A model generated the notes under the pieces. The model had not been told where the DNA came from. It did not search any database and saw only the letters and a program-made list of their open reading frames with translations. Of a DNA stretch of 46,288 nucleotides, positions 35,849 through 46,182 are shown in pieces. The first letter of the stretch is position 1. Every line of letters begins with the position of its first letter. A program made the position numbers and the translations under genes. Location of the stretch: the sequence record NC_049950.1; one strand, 5' to 3'. The stretch is from Escherichia phage 2H10.

Positions 35849-36663
35849 GTATGGAGCTGATGGTTAAAGCGATGAAAATTCGAGTGGGTAATCCATTGCG
35901 AAAACTGGTTCTGATCAAGCTGGCTGATAATGCCAGCGATCAGGGTGAGTGCTGGCCCAGCTACCAGCATATTGCTGACCAGTGCGAGATTAGCAAACGT
36001 TCTGTGATGAATCATATTGCGGCCCTTTGTGATTCCGGGCTGGTAAAAAAAGTCACCCGGAAAGGTGAAAAAGGTAACTCAAGTAATATCTATCTCCTTC
36101 ATCTTGATGGTGCAGGAGATTCACTAGGGGGTAGTGCAAATAATTCACTATCTGGTGCAGCAAATTCACCAGGTAGTGCAGGAGTTGCACCAGGGGGTGG
36201 TGCAGGAGATTCACCCAGAACCAGTCACTCTTTTGAACCAGTCAAAGAACCAGTCAATGAACCAATAGCTGTTGGTGCATCTGCTGATGAGTCTGTGCGA
36301 GTTCGTTCAAACCGACCGGAATACTCTCCGGAGTTTGAGCAGGCATGGCTGGCATACCCCAAACGTGCTGGTGGCAATTCAAAATCTGCAGCCTTCAAAG
36401 CCTGGAAAGCCCGTTTGAATGAGGGGGTAAAACCCGAAACCATGCTGGAAGGTGTGAAACGCTACGCGGGCTGGGTATCTGCGATGGGTAACAGCGGCAC
36501 ACAATTTGTGAAACAGGCTGTCACGTTCTTTGGTCCGGATCGTCATTTCGAAGAATCCTGGGAAGTTCCTGCGGTATCTGCAGCCAGACGCGAGGACCCG
36601 TACTTCAAAGCCAGTTACGACAACGTGGACTACAGCCAGATCCCGGCAGGATTCAGGGGGTAA
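35845..36663 (+). CDS. phage replication protein with N-terminal winged-helix domain (O-like replisome organiser)
   Basis: Motif LRKLVLIKLADNASDQGECWPSYQHIADQCEISKRSVMNHIAALCDSGLV typical of HTH_36-type replication initiators; GGAGG 6 nt before ATG 35845; low-complexity Gly/Ser linker. Confidence 0.65.
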   Translation: MSMELMVKAMKIRVGNPLRKLVLIKLADNASDQGECWPSYQHIADQCEISKRSVMNHIAALCDSGLVKKVTRKGEKGNSSNIYLLHLDGAGDSLGGSANNSLSGAANSPGSAGVAPGGGAGDSPRTSHSFEPVKEPVNEPIAVGASADESVRVRSNRPEYSPEFEQAWLAYPKRAGGNSKSAAFKAWKARLNEGVKPETMLEGVKRYAGWVSAMGNSGTQFVKQAVTFFGPDRHFEESWEVPAVSAARREDPYFKASYDNVDYSQIPAGFRG

Positions 36664-36665
36664 TC

Positions 36666-37154
36666 ATGAGTCTTTTGAATGAAGTTCAGAAATTCATTGA
36701 AGCCCATCCGGGGTGTACTTCCGGAGACATTGCAGATGCTTTTGCAGGTTACTCACGGCAGCGCGTTCTGCAGTCAGCAAGCAAGTTACGTCAGAGTGGG
36801 CGTGTGGCTCACCGTTGTGAAGGAGATACACGCAGACATTTCCCGCGCCTGACTGAGAGAGCGCAGGAGCCGGAACCACAACCAGTTCGTGAAACCAGAC
36901 CTGTGCGCAATTTCTATGTCGGCACTAACGATCCCCGGGTAATTTTGTGCCTGACCCGCCAGGCTGAAGAACTGGAGTCCAGGGGCTTATACCGTCGTGC
37001 TGCAACTGTGTGGATGGCGGCATTCCGTGAAAGCCACTCCCAGTCAGAACGAAACAATTTTCTGGCGCGCCGTGAGCGGTGCTTACGGAAAAGCAGCAAG
37101 CGCGCTGTATCGGGTGATGAGTGGTATCTGTCAGGGAATTACGTGTGGGCTTAA
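36666..37154 (+). CDS. PerC-family transcriptional regulator-like protein
   Basis: 162-aa ORF containing EELESRGLYRRAATVWM, resembling the conserved PerC/Pch motif. Confidence 0.5.
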   Translation: MSLLNEVQKFIEAHPGCTSGDIADAFAGYSRQRVLQSASKLRQSGRVAHRCEGDTRRHFPRLTERAQEPEPQPVRETRPVRNFYVGTNDPRVILCLTRQAEELESRGLYRRAATVWMAAFRESHSQSERNNFLARRERCLRKSSKRAVSGDEWYLSGNYVWA

Positions 37155-37480
37155 TGACGACGTTAACTCAATGCCAGCAGCAGGTGCTGGATATGCTGAT
37201 TTCTTATCAGAAAGAACGTGGTTTCCCGCCAACCAATCAGGAGGTGGCAGCCATGCTGGGATACCGTTCGGTGAATGCAGCGGTGGAGCATCTTCGCGCA
37301 CTGGAGAAAAAAGGCGTCATCACGATAAAGCGTGGCGTGGCCCGGGGTATCACGCTTCATACCACAGTGAAGGACGACGACAGCGAGGCAGCCGGGATTA
37401 TCCGCGCACTGCTTGCCGGTGAGGAAAACGCCAGACTGCGTGCAGCCCACTGGTTACATGAGAGGGGCCTGAAAGTATGA
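37154..37480 (+). CDS. LexA DNA-binding-domain-only protein (no peptidase domain)
   Basis: 108-aa product MTTLTQCQQQVLDMLISYQKERGFPPTNQEVAAMLGYRSVNAAVEHLRALEKKGVITIKRGVARGITLH aligns by eye with the LexA N-terminal winged helix; TAATG overlap with upstream gene. Confidence 0.75.
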   Translation: MTTLTQCQQQVLDMLISYQKERGFPPTNQEVAAMLGYRSVNAAVEHLRALEKKGVITIKRGVARGITLHTTVKDDDSEAAGIIRALLAGEENARLRAAHWLHERGLKV

Positions 37481-37866
37481 AGCTGATCCTGCCTTTCCCG
37501 CCCAGCGTGAACACGTACTGGCGACACCCCAACAAAGGGGCGTTTGCTGGTAAGAGCCTGATAAGCGCGGCGGGGCGCAAATTCCAGAGCGCGGCGTGTG
37601 CAGCAATATTTGAGCAGTTACGTCGTCTGCCAAAACCAACGTCGGCACCTGCTTCAGTGGAGATCGTGTTGTTTCCTCCGGATAACCGGATCCGCGATCT
37701 GGACAACTATAACAAGGCGCTGTTTGACGCCCTGACCCACGCGGGTGTGTGGGAAGACGACAGTCAGGTGAAAAGAATGCTGGTGGAGTGGGGACCGGTT
37801 ATCCCGGAAGGGAAGGTCGAGATCACTATCAGTAAGTACGAGAAAACGGCGGGTGCAGCCGCCTGA
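37477..37866 (+). CDS. rusA: Holliday junction resolvase RusA
   Basis: 129-aa product MKLILPFPPSVNTYWRH...RDLDNYNKALFDALTHAGVWEDDSQV carries the RusA signature. Confidence 0.9.
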   Translation: MKLILPFPPSVNTYWRHPNKGAFAGKSLISAAGRKFQSAACAAIFEQLRRLPKPTSAPASVEIVLFPPDNRIRDLDNYNKALFDALTHAGVWEDDSQVKRMLVEWGPVIPEGKVEITISKYEKTAGAAA

Positions 37867-37885
37867 TTAAGAGGAGAAACGAAGT

Positions 37886-38683
37886 ATGAATAATCTGATG
37901 GTTATTGATGGTATTGAAGTTCGTCGTGATGCTTATGGGCGTTACAGCCTGAACGATCTGCACAGGGCTGCTGGTTCTCTGGATAAGCATAAGCCCGCAT
38001 TCTGGCTCCGCAATGAGCAAACTGAGCGTTTAATAAGCGAGTTGCAGATTTGCAACTCGGTCAATATAGAGCCAGTTAACGTTATTCGTGGCGGAAATAA
38101 CCAGGGGACGTATGTCTGCAAAGAACTGGTGTATGCCTATGCAATGTGGATCAGCCCGTCATTCCATCTGAAGGTGATCCGTACTTTCGACATGGTAACC
38201 AGCGCACCGGAAAAATTATCCGGACAGGCTGCTGACAAGATGCAGGCTGGTGTGATTCTGCTGGACTTTATGCGCCGGGAATTAAACCTGTCTAACTCTT
38301 CAGTGCTTGGTGCCTGCCAGAAACTCCAGGAGGCTGTTGGCTTACCGAATCTGGCACCGCGCTATGCCATTGATGCTCCTGCTGATGCACACGATGGCTC
38401 AAGTCGCCCCACGCTGTCTCTGAGTGCACTGCTGAGGCAGTATGGTATCCGCCTGACGGCTAATCAGGCATATCACCAGATGGTGAAGCTGGGGATCGTT
38501 GAACAACGCGAACGATACAGCCGTACCGCGATTAACAACATCAAAAAATTCTGGTCGCTGACGGCGAAAGGCTGCATGTTCGGCAAGAACATCACCAGTC
38601 CTGCAAATCCGCGCGAGACGCAGCCGCATTTCTTCGAATCCCGATTCCCTGAGCTGTTAAAGCTGCTCGATACCGTTCATTGA
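37886..38683 (+). CDS. KilA-N domain protein, putative antirepressor
   Basis: N-terminus MNNLMVIDGIEVRRDAYGRYSLNDLHRAAGSLDKHKPAFWLRNEQTERLISEL matches the KilA-N domain. Confidence 0.65.
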   Translation: MNNLMVIDGIEVRRDAYGRYSLNDLHRAAGSLDKHKPAFWLRNEQTERLISELQICNSVNIEPVNVIRGGNNQGTYVCKELVYAYAMWISPSFHLKVIRTFDMVTSAPEKLSGQAADKMQAGVILLDFMRRELNLSNSSVLGACQKLQEAVGLPNLAPRYAIDAPADAHDGSSRPTLSLSALLRQYGIRLTANQAYHQMVKLGIVEQRERYSRTAINNIKKFWSLTAKGCMFGKNITSPANPRETQPHFFESRFPELLKLLDTVH

Positions 38684-38684
38684 G

Positions 38685-39680
38685 GTGACCGTGAGAGCAC
38701 TACTGACCCCTGAAATTGCCCCGCGTATGGGGATTGTATTGTTCAGGCCAGGTTCAGAGCTGATGCCCCTGTTTATGCAGGGGCGTGTCCTGCTGGAGCC
38801 TGAGCCGGAACGTTATTCATCTTTCGCCAGTGGTGCCGTTCCGGCGGCATCACAACCGCTGGCGGATGATCCTGCCGTTCGGGCCGTGTTCCGCAATGAG
38901 GCAGTGATCCGTCGTGCTGGTGGCGTGGAATGTCTTGAAAGCTGGTTACTTCGTGAAAAGGGCTGTCAGTGGCCTCATTCCGACTGGCACAGCGAGAACA
39001 TGACCACAATGCGGCACGCTCCGGGAGCAATTCGTCTGTGCTGGCACTGCGATAACCAGCTGCGTGACCAGTTCACGGAACGGCTGGAATCAATGGCAAC
39101 GGATAACTGTGCCCGCTGGGTGTTGTCTGTCGTGCGTCGGGATCTCGGTTTTGATGACAGTCACGTTGTGACAATGCCGGAACTGTGCTGGTGGCTGGTT
39201 CGTAATGATTTGGCGGATGCCTTACCGGAAAGTGCAGCCCGTAAGGCACTGAGATTACCGAAGCCTGTTGTGCCATCTGTCACCCGGGAAAGTGACCTTG
39301 TGCCTTCGGTTCCTGCCACCAGCATCATCCAGGATAAAGCGAAAAAGGTGCTGGCGCTGAAAGTGGATCCGGAGTCGCCGGAGTCTTTTATGTTACGCCC
39401 CAAACGTCGCCGCTGGGTTAATGAAAAGTACACGCGCTGGGTTAAGACGCAGCCGTGCGCATGTTGTGGAAAGCCAGCTGATGATCCCCACCACCTGATA
39501 GGCCACGGTCAGGGTGGAATGGGTACAAAAGCGCATGATCTCTTTGTGTTGCCTTTGTGCAGAAAGCATCACGACGAGCTGCATGCGGATACCGTGACAT
39601 TTGAAGAGAAGTATGGCTCCCAACTGGAGCTGATATTTCGTTTTATCGATCGTGCGCTGGCAATTGGCGTACTGGCGTAA
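38685..39680 (+). CDS. DUF968-family protein (YdfU-like, HNH-like Cys/His C-terminus)
   Basis: 331-aa ORF with C-terminal CACCGKPADDPHHLIGHGQGGMGTKAHDLFVLPLCRKHHDELH; sits immediately upstream of Q as ydfU does in Qin. Confidence 0.65.
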   Translation: MTVRALLTPEIAPRMGIVLFRPGSELMPLFMQGRVLLEPEPERYSSFASGAVPAASQPLADDPAVRAVFRNEAVIRRAGGVECLESWLLREKGCQWPHSDWHSENMTTMRHAPGAIRLCWHCDNQLRDQFTERLESMATDNCARWVLSVVRRDLGFDDSHVVTMPELCWWLVRNDLADALPESAARKALRLPKPVVPSVTRESDLVPSVPATSIIQDKAKKVLALKVDPESPESFMLRPKRRRWVNEKYTRWVKTQPCACCGKPADDPHHLIGHGQGGMGTKAHDLFVLPLCRKHHDELHADTVTFEEKYGSQLELIFRFIDRALAIGVLA

Positions 39681-39693
39681 GTGGAGAACGAGC

Positions 39694-40446
39694 ATGAACC
39701 TTGAAGCCTTACCAAAATATTACTCCCCAAAATCTCCAAAATTGAGTGATGCCGCACCGGCGACAGGCTCAGGTGGTTTAACGATTACGGATGTGATGGC
39801 TGCGCAGGGGATGGTGCAGTCGAAAGCACCGCTTGGGTTTGCCTTATTCCTGGCAAAAGCTGGCGTTCAGGATCCTCAGTTTGCGATTGAAGGTCTGCTC
39901 AATTACGCGATGGCACTGGATAACCCGACATTGAACAAATTGAGTGAAGAAATCCGGTTACAGATCATCCCTTACCTTGTGAGTTTTGCCTTTGCTGATT
40001 ATTCCAGGTCTGCGGCAAGTAAGGCTCGCTGTGAGCCTTGTGCTGGTACTGGATTTCATAATGTATTGCGCGAAGTGGTGAAATACTCCAGAAGCGGGGA
40101 GTCTGTTATCAAGGAAGAGTGGGTGAAGGAACTATGTCAGCATTGTCATGGTAAGGGAGAAGTCAGCACAGCGTGCAGAGGGTGTAAGGGTAAAGGTATT
40201 GTCCTGGATGAAAAAAGGACCCGGCTTCATGGCGCGCCTGTTTATAAGATTTGTGGGCGTTGCAATGGAAACCGGTTTAGTCGTTTACCAACGACACTGG
40301 CGCGGTGTCATGTCCAGAAGCTGGTACCAGACCTGACTGATTATCAGTGGTACAAAGGATATGCAGATGTCATTGATAAACTGGTTACAAAGTGCTGGCA
40401 GGAAGAAGCATATGCTGAGGTGCAATTAAGAAAAGTGACGAGATAA
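39694..40446 (+). CDS. Q: late-gene antiterminator Q (phage 21/82-type)
   Basis: Product from ATG 39694 MNLEALPKYYSPKSPKLSDAAPATGSGGLTITDVMAAQGMVQSKAPLGF... with CxxC...CxxC zinc motifs; followed by pR-prime/tR-prime. Confidence 0.8.
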   Translation: MNLEALPKYYSPKSPKLSDAAPATGSGGLTITDVMAAQGMVQSKAPLGFALFLAKAGVQDPQFAIEGLLNYAMALDNPTLNKLSEEIRLQIIPYLVSFAFADYSRSAASKARCEPCAGTGFHNVLREVVKYSRSGESVIKEEWVKELCQHCHGKGEVSTACRGCKGKGIVLDEKRTRLHGAPVYKICGRCNGNRFSRLPTTLARCHVQKLVPDLTDYQWYKGYADVIDKLVTKCWQEEAYAEVQLRKVTR

Positions 40447-40477
40447 ATGATTTTCGCCGAAGATGGCGACGTAATGC

Positions 40478-40506
40478 TTGCATTTTTCAAAAAATATGGA
40501 TAAAAT
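40478..40506 (+). promoter_or_regulatory. late promoter pR-prime (Q-utilisation region)
   Basis: TTGCAT, 17-nt spacer, TAAAAT about 30 nt after the Q stop, followed about 45 nt later by an intrinsic terminator. Confidence 0.7.
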
Positions 40507-40551
40507 TTTTTCAACGATGGGCTTTATATACCCGACGTTAAGAAAAAGTAG

Positions 40552-40580
40552 AAAACCCGCTGATGAGCGGGTTTTTGTGC
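40552..40580 (+). terminator. tR-prime intrinsic terminator
   Basis: aaacccgc-tgatga-gcgggttt hairpin with T-rich tail directly seen. Confidence 0.75.
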
Positions 40581-40861
40581 TTTAAATAGGGTAATAGAGA
40601 TGTTGAATCTCATTCCGGGATTCATGTTTGTTTACTTATTATTTATCGGGTGACTTTGCCTGATGTTTAAAATGTTTTCTTCCAGTACTATGTCCCTAGA
40701 TACAATGAGTCTGCATATTACATTATTAGCAGAGCTATTACGGTCAAAGTACAGCATAAGCTTTTAAAGCCAATCAACCAGTCATCAAGACAGACGGGGT
40801 TATTCATGAAAACTCTCCATGTTTGATTCGATGGGGCCTGAAATTAAAGCTTTAATATAGC

Positions 40862-41074
40862 TCATGAAAGGTAAACATTGGCAGCTGAAGGGCCACGCAG
40901 ACCATTTATCCGGCAAAATTCCACGCGTAATCCGGTGGTAATTTCTTCTGCATCGCGGAGATTGAGCGCTGAAACATGAAGCTGGACATCGATACGACCA
41001 TCGGATGGGGTGATAAGACCCTTGCCGCTTTTGCCGTCAAAGGTTTTGACAATTCCTGTCATTTTACGGGACAA
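40862..41074 (-). CDS. cspF: cold-shock-domain protein, CspF/CspH-like
   Basis: 70-aa product [70 protein letters not shown]. Confidence 0.8.
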
Positions 41075-41374
41075 AAAAATTCCTTAATACTGATAACTGG
41101 GCGCACTATACACACGTTCCTGAAGAAAGCTATAGTTTTTTGATGGGGTTGAAGATGGCTGGATGTCTAAAATAAACATTGCTTCATATGTTCAACTATG
41201 CGTTAATGATTGCGTCGGTTTGAAGAACAGACGATATACGAAGTAGTTTACTAAAGCAGTTCTCATTTCAGGTGTTATTCACTTATTCCTTCTTTGAGTC
41301 TCTCCAATTAAGTACGAAGTCGTTTCTGTTATACAAGCCATTTATGCCGAAAGGCTCAAGTTAAGGAATGTAGA

Positions 41375-41590
41375 ATGTCAAATAAAATGACTGGTTTAGT
41401 AAAATGGTTTAACGCTGATAAAGGTTTTGGCTTTATTTCTCCTGTTGATGGTAGTAAAGATGTGTTTGTGCATTTTTCTGCGATTCAGAATGATAATTTT
41501 CGAACCTTATTTGAAGGTCAAAAGGTTACCTTCTCTGTAGAGAGTGGTGCTAAAGGTCCTGCAGCAGCAAATGTCATAATTACTGATTAA
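41375..41590 (+). CDS. cspB: cold-shock protein CspB-like
   Basis: 71-aa product [67 protein letters not shown] with RNP1/RNP2 motifs. Confidence 0.88.
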   Translation: MSNKMTGLVKWFNADKGFGFISPVDGSKDVFVHFSAIQNDNFRTLFEGQKVTFSVESGAKGPAAANVIITD

Positions 41591-41871
41591 AATTCATAGT
41601 TTGTCTGTATACGATAACGAAGAAGGCTGATGCCTGAGTGGAGATACAGACAGAGTGGTGAATATTGGATCTCTTTAATAAATAGTAAGGAGGTCCAATA
41701 CATGAAACAATGGCCAGCATATTTGGCAATAACTTAATCAGGAAAAGTATGCTAACCATTGTGGTGAAGTGCAGGTTTGCTGCATGAATAGTTTTACAGC
41801 AGAAGCTAACTGCTGGCATAGCAAAACAAAGTGCGTAAGTGGATGACTCCCACAAAAAGCACCACAATATT

Positions 41872-41896
41872 AAACCCGCTCAGGCGGGTTTTTTAT
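41872..41896 (+). terminator. rho-independent terminator downstream of cspB
   Basis: acccgc-tcag-gcgggt hairpin followed by ttttttatt. Confidence 0.65.
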
Positions 41897-41953
41897 TATC
41901 TGCTTTAAATATGTTATTAAAATATAAAAAATACTTGTTGCGAATAAAATCAA

Positions 41954-42124
41954 TCACGCTACAGCTTTAAGATTTGTCTGGAATACTTTGTTGCAATGAG
42001 GGCAGATCAAAAGGGCACCTTTTTGTACTCTTGAAAAACTGTGTTCTGACTCTTGGGTGCAGTTTGGGCAGGAACATTTAACGAGATAATTACGGCGTGA
42101 TTTTGAGTCTTTACGTTCTGACAT
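41954..42124 (-). CDS. small zinc-ribbon protein (hypothetical)
   Basis: Track ORF 41954-42175; internal ATG 42124 with AGGA upstream gives a 56-aa product with two CxxC pairs (CSCPNC ... CPHC). Confidence 0.4.
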   Translation of the reverse strand: MSERKDSKSRRNYLVKCSCPNCTQESEHSFSRVQKGALLICPHCNKVFQTNLKAVA

Positions 42125-42342
42125 AGGCTTTTCCTGTATAAATGGCCGTATACAGTACACTAAATATGAAAACATATCTCGTATTATTATTTAATACATG
42201 ATTTTCTTTTAAAATAATTACCCACATTTTTAATGTGTCTGTTTTTTAGCGCCGTTGAGAACAATGTTTGCTATAAAAACTAACCCATAGACTCCGATCT
42301 TTTCAAACATATTGCACCATCTGTGTACATCGGGGCGAGGAT

Positions 42343-42558
42343 ATGAAATCAATGGATAAGTTAACAACAGGTATCGCCTATGGCACATCGGCTGGTAATG
42401 CTGGTTTCTGGGCATTGCAGTTACTCGATAAAGTAACTCCGTCACAGTGGGCTGCAATCGGTGTGCTGGGTAGTCTGGTTTTTGGCCTGCTGACGTATCT
42501 GACAAACCTTTATTTCAAGATTAAAGAAGACAGGCGTAAGGTTGCGAGAAGAGAGTAA
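42343..42558 (+). CDS. S: class II holin (phage 21 S-type pinholin) with dual-start motif
   Basis: 71-aa product [66 protein letters not shown]; Met1-Lys-Ser-Met4 dual start. Confidence 0.88.
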   Translation: MKSMDKLTTGIAYGTSAGNAGFWALQLLDKVTPSQWAAIGVLGSLVFGLLTYLTNLYFKIKEDRRKVARRE

Positions 42559-42562
42559 TCCA

Positions 42563-43114
42563 ATGACACAAGACTATGAACTGGTTGTGAAAGGAGTCCG
42601 CAATTTTGAGAATAAAGTGGCGGTAACTGTAGCCTTACGGGACAAAAAACGCTTTGACGGTGAAATTTTTGACCTGGACATCTCGCTGGACCGTGTTGAA
42701 GGTGCCGCGCTTGAGTTTTATGAGGCAGCAGCGAGAAGGAGCATCAGACAGGTCTTCCTGGATGTTGCTGCCGGGTTATGTGAAGGGGATGAGCTGTCGC
42801 CGGAAAAGCGCCCCGTAATTTTAGAGGCGCAGAATGTGTGGATAACCTACAAAGGAAAGCTACCGGGAAGAATTACTGGTTCTCTGAAGACGCCACCGAC
42901 GGCATTGCGGTCAGAAAAAGATGATATTGAATCGCCCATTGAAAAACTGGAGGGCAGCGTCGCTGATCTGAATAAAAAATTGTCGGTGCTGATTCCTTCT
43001 GAAGATGAAAAAAAACGCCGCGATGAGCAGTTTGCGGCGTTTTACGATTATTGCATTGAAGTTACTCGCAGGAATTTTGTGAAGATTTTTGAGGAGGGTA
43101 AATCTCTTCAGTAA
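42563..43114 (+). CDS. hypothetical protein inserted between holin and endolysin
   Basis: Track ORF 42542-43114; ATG 42563 preferred (GAGAG 8 nt upstream); 183 aa, charged, no motif recognised. Confidence 0.5.
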   Translation: MTQDYELVVKGVRNFENKVAVTVALRDKKRFDGEIFDLDISLDRVEGAALEFYEAAARRSIRQVFLDVAAGLCEGDELSPEKRPVILEAQNVWITYKGKLPGRITGSLKTPPTALRSEKDDIESPIEKLEGSVADLNKKLSVLIPSEDEKKRRDEQFAAFYDYCIEVTRRNFVKIFEEGKSLQ

Positions 43115-43322
43115 GCTTAATGGCGGACGCTGCAATTAATTCAGGAAGGTCCGCAAGGTCATCTGTCAGTGGATATGATGAAAAATCGGCGGCAGTTCTG
43201 TTAAGAAGCGCTTTAACTAATTCCTTTTCCTTCTCCGGCAACAAGTTGATTAGAGCTACGACTGCTTGCCTGAGTGCGATTAAATCAGCAAAAGTTTGTT
43301 TTGGTAGATTTGTGTAATCCAT
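43062..43322 (-). CDS. hypothetical small acidic protein, convergent with and overlapping the 3-prime end of the preceding gene
   Basis: Track ORF 43062-43328; ATG 43322 with AGAGG upstream; 86 aa MDYTNLPKQTFADLIALRQAVVALINLLPEKEKELVKALL... Confidence 0.4.
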   Translation of the reverse strand: MDYTNLPKQTFADLIALRQAVVALINLLPEKEKELVKALLNRTAADFSSYPLTDDLADLPELIAASAIKLTEEIYPPQKSSQNSCE

Positions 43323-43435
43323 AGTCACCTCTGTGTTTATCAGATTGACATCCTCCTCCCGCCAGTGCCCATCACTGGTGAGGTAAGATTTAACATATCC
43401 GGGGATTTGAAGCCGATAAATCCTGATAAATATCC

Positions 43436-44463
<1,028 letters not shown>

Positions 44464-44826
44464 ATTAATATTAAATCGGATTATTTTTAGCGCTGAATGT
44501 GAAATTTAAATAAAAAGGACTCTTCCATGAGTCAAAATTCTTGAAATCTTAAGGGTAAGATAAAAGGTCATTAGACAGAATGACACGTTTTATTAATAAA
44601 TAAAGCTATTGTTTCATTCGTGTGTTTTTCTTTACAAAAGTAATCCTTGCTATGGTTGGTTAATCATGCGTTAATGGTGTTCTGGTTTGTTACAAAATTA
44701 TCTGAAGCAGTCATTGTTATAATTTTATTATTTGTACCTCTTGAGATTTCCTTGTTGGTTTTTCTCTCTGATATTTTTTTTCGGACCATTCTGCCCAAGG
44801 GCTAACTTCTTCAAAAGGTAATAATG

Positions 44827-45039
44827 ATGTCTAACAAAATGACTGGTTTAGTGAAATGGTTTAACCCTGAAAAAGGTTTTGGTTTCATCACGCCGAAAGA
44901 TGGTAGCAAAGATGTGTTTGTCCATTTCTCAGCTATTCAGAGCAACGATTTCAAAACGTTAACTGAGAATCAGGAAGTCGAATTTGGTATTGAGAACGGA
45001 CCTAAAGGCCCCGCGGCTGTTCATGTAGTGGCACTTTGA
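44827..45039 (+). CDS. cspI: cold-shock protein CspI-like
   Basis: 70-aa product [70 protein letters not shown]. Confidence 0.88.
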   Translation: MSNKMTGLVKWFNPEKGFGFITPKDGSKDVFVHFSAIQSNDFKTLTENQEVEFGIENGPKGPAAVHVVAL

Positions 45040-45244
45040 GGTAGAAAATATTACAAACCATATTCACTTTAGATGCCCGTGTTGCCATGGTTCTCAGTAT
45101 AGAACATCATCTTTTGATGTTTCTGACAGGAATCCTTTCGGGGCAAAATGTATCTTTTGTAAATCAATGATGATTACATTTGATAATATTTCACAATACT
45201 TAAATGTTAGCCGTCTGTCGTTAGATTTAAGAAAGTGAAAATGA

Positions 45245-45267
45245 AGGCTCCTTCGGGAGCTTTTTTG
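45245..45267 (+). terminator. rho-independent terminator downstream of cspI
   Basis: ggctcc-ttcg-ggagc hairpin followed by tttttt. Confidence 0.6.
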
Positions 45268-45310
45268 CTTAGTGTCTAGTCGATGGATACTCACATATTA
45301 CGGTAACATT

Positions 45311-45541
45311 ATGAAAAAAATAATAGTTTTTTTTAACTCTGAACCAGCAATGGTAGTGCCAGTGATGACCGGAGTTAACACCATCATGCGTGAATATCCA
45401 AATGGCGAAACAACACACCTCACTGTAATGGCTGCAGGGTTTCCATCTCTGACCGGAGATCATAAAGTCATTTATGTAGCAGCGGATCGACATGTAACTT
45501 CAGAAGAAATTCTGGAAGCAGCAATGAGACTCTTGAATTGA
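45311..45541 (+). CDS. hypothetical small protein
   Basis: Track ORF 45272-45541 (GTG); ATG 45311 gives 76 aa MKKIIVFFNSEPAMVVPVMTGVNTIMREYPNGETTHL...; no good ribosome-binding site, so uncertain. Confidence 0.4.
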   Translation: MKKIIVFFNSEPAMVVPVMTGVNTIMREYPNGETTHLTVMAAGFPSLTGDHKVIYVAADRHVTSEEILEAAMRLLN

Positions 45542-45713
45542 TTTGATTCTAATGCATTGATAATAAATGATAATCATCTTTATCTGTTTGTGTGAAATTT
45601 AGACCGTCGTATGTTGATTATTGCGATGTTTCATCTTATCTTTTATACGTTTGCTCCATATAATTGACACTACTGTGTACCAGGAAAGTCATAACAGACT
45701 AAAAGAGGAAATG

Positions 45714-45887
45714 ATGAACATTGAAGAGTTAAAAACAAAAACAGAAGCAGATATTTCTGAATATATAACAAAAAAAATCATTGAGCTTAAGAAAAAGACC
45801 GGGAAAGAAGTTACCAGTATCCAGTTTACTGCACGGGAAAAAATGACTGGTCTTGAAAGCTACGATATCAAGATTGATTTAATCTAG
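45714..45887 (+). CDS. gnsB: GnsA/GnsB-family small protein
   Basis: 57-aa product MNIEELKTKTEADISEYITKKIIELKKKTGKEVTSIQFTAREKMTGLESYDIKIDLI; AGAGGA upstream. Confidence 0.8.
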   Translation: MNIEELKTKTEADISEYITKKIIELKKKTGKEVTSIQFTAREKMTGLESYDIKIDLI

Positions 45888-46182
45888 TATGTTTATAGTA
45901 TTAGCATCAATTTCTCATCAGATGCTATTCAACAATACAAATTACCCATAAACCTCGTTTTTACGGGGTTTTGTTATATTTAAACATTACCGAATAGATA
46001 TAAATCTCGATTGTCGATGGTATTGGTTGTGTGACAATACCTAGTCTTTCCGGTATGCCTGAAGAGAATACAAACGACAGATTATGTAAGGGAAACGCGC
46101 TGAAACTTTCACTCTTTCATGCTGAGTGATTTGACGTTATATTTTTAGCCGCAAGTGAAGAGCAAACGCATGGAGCGACAAA

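Noticed and set aside
42230-42505. 91-aa minus-strand ORF
   Set aside because: Mostly antisense to the holin gene; no ribosome-binding site.
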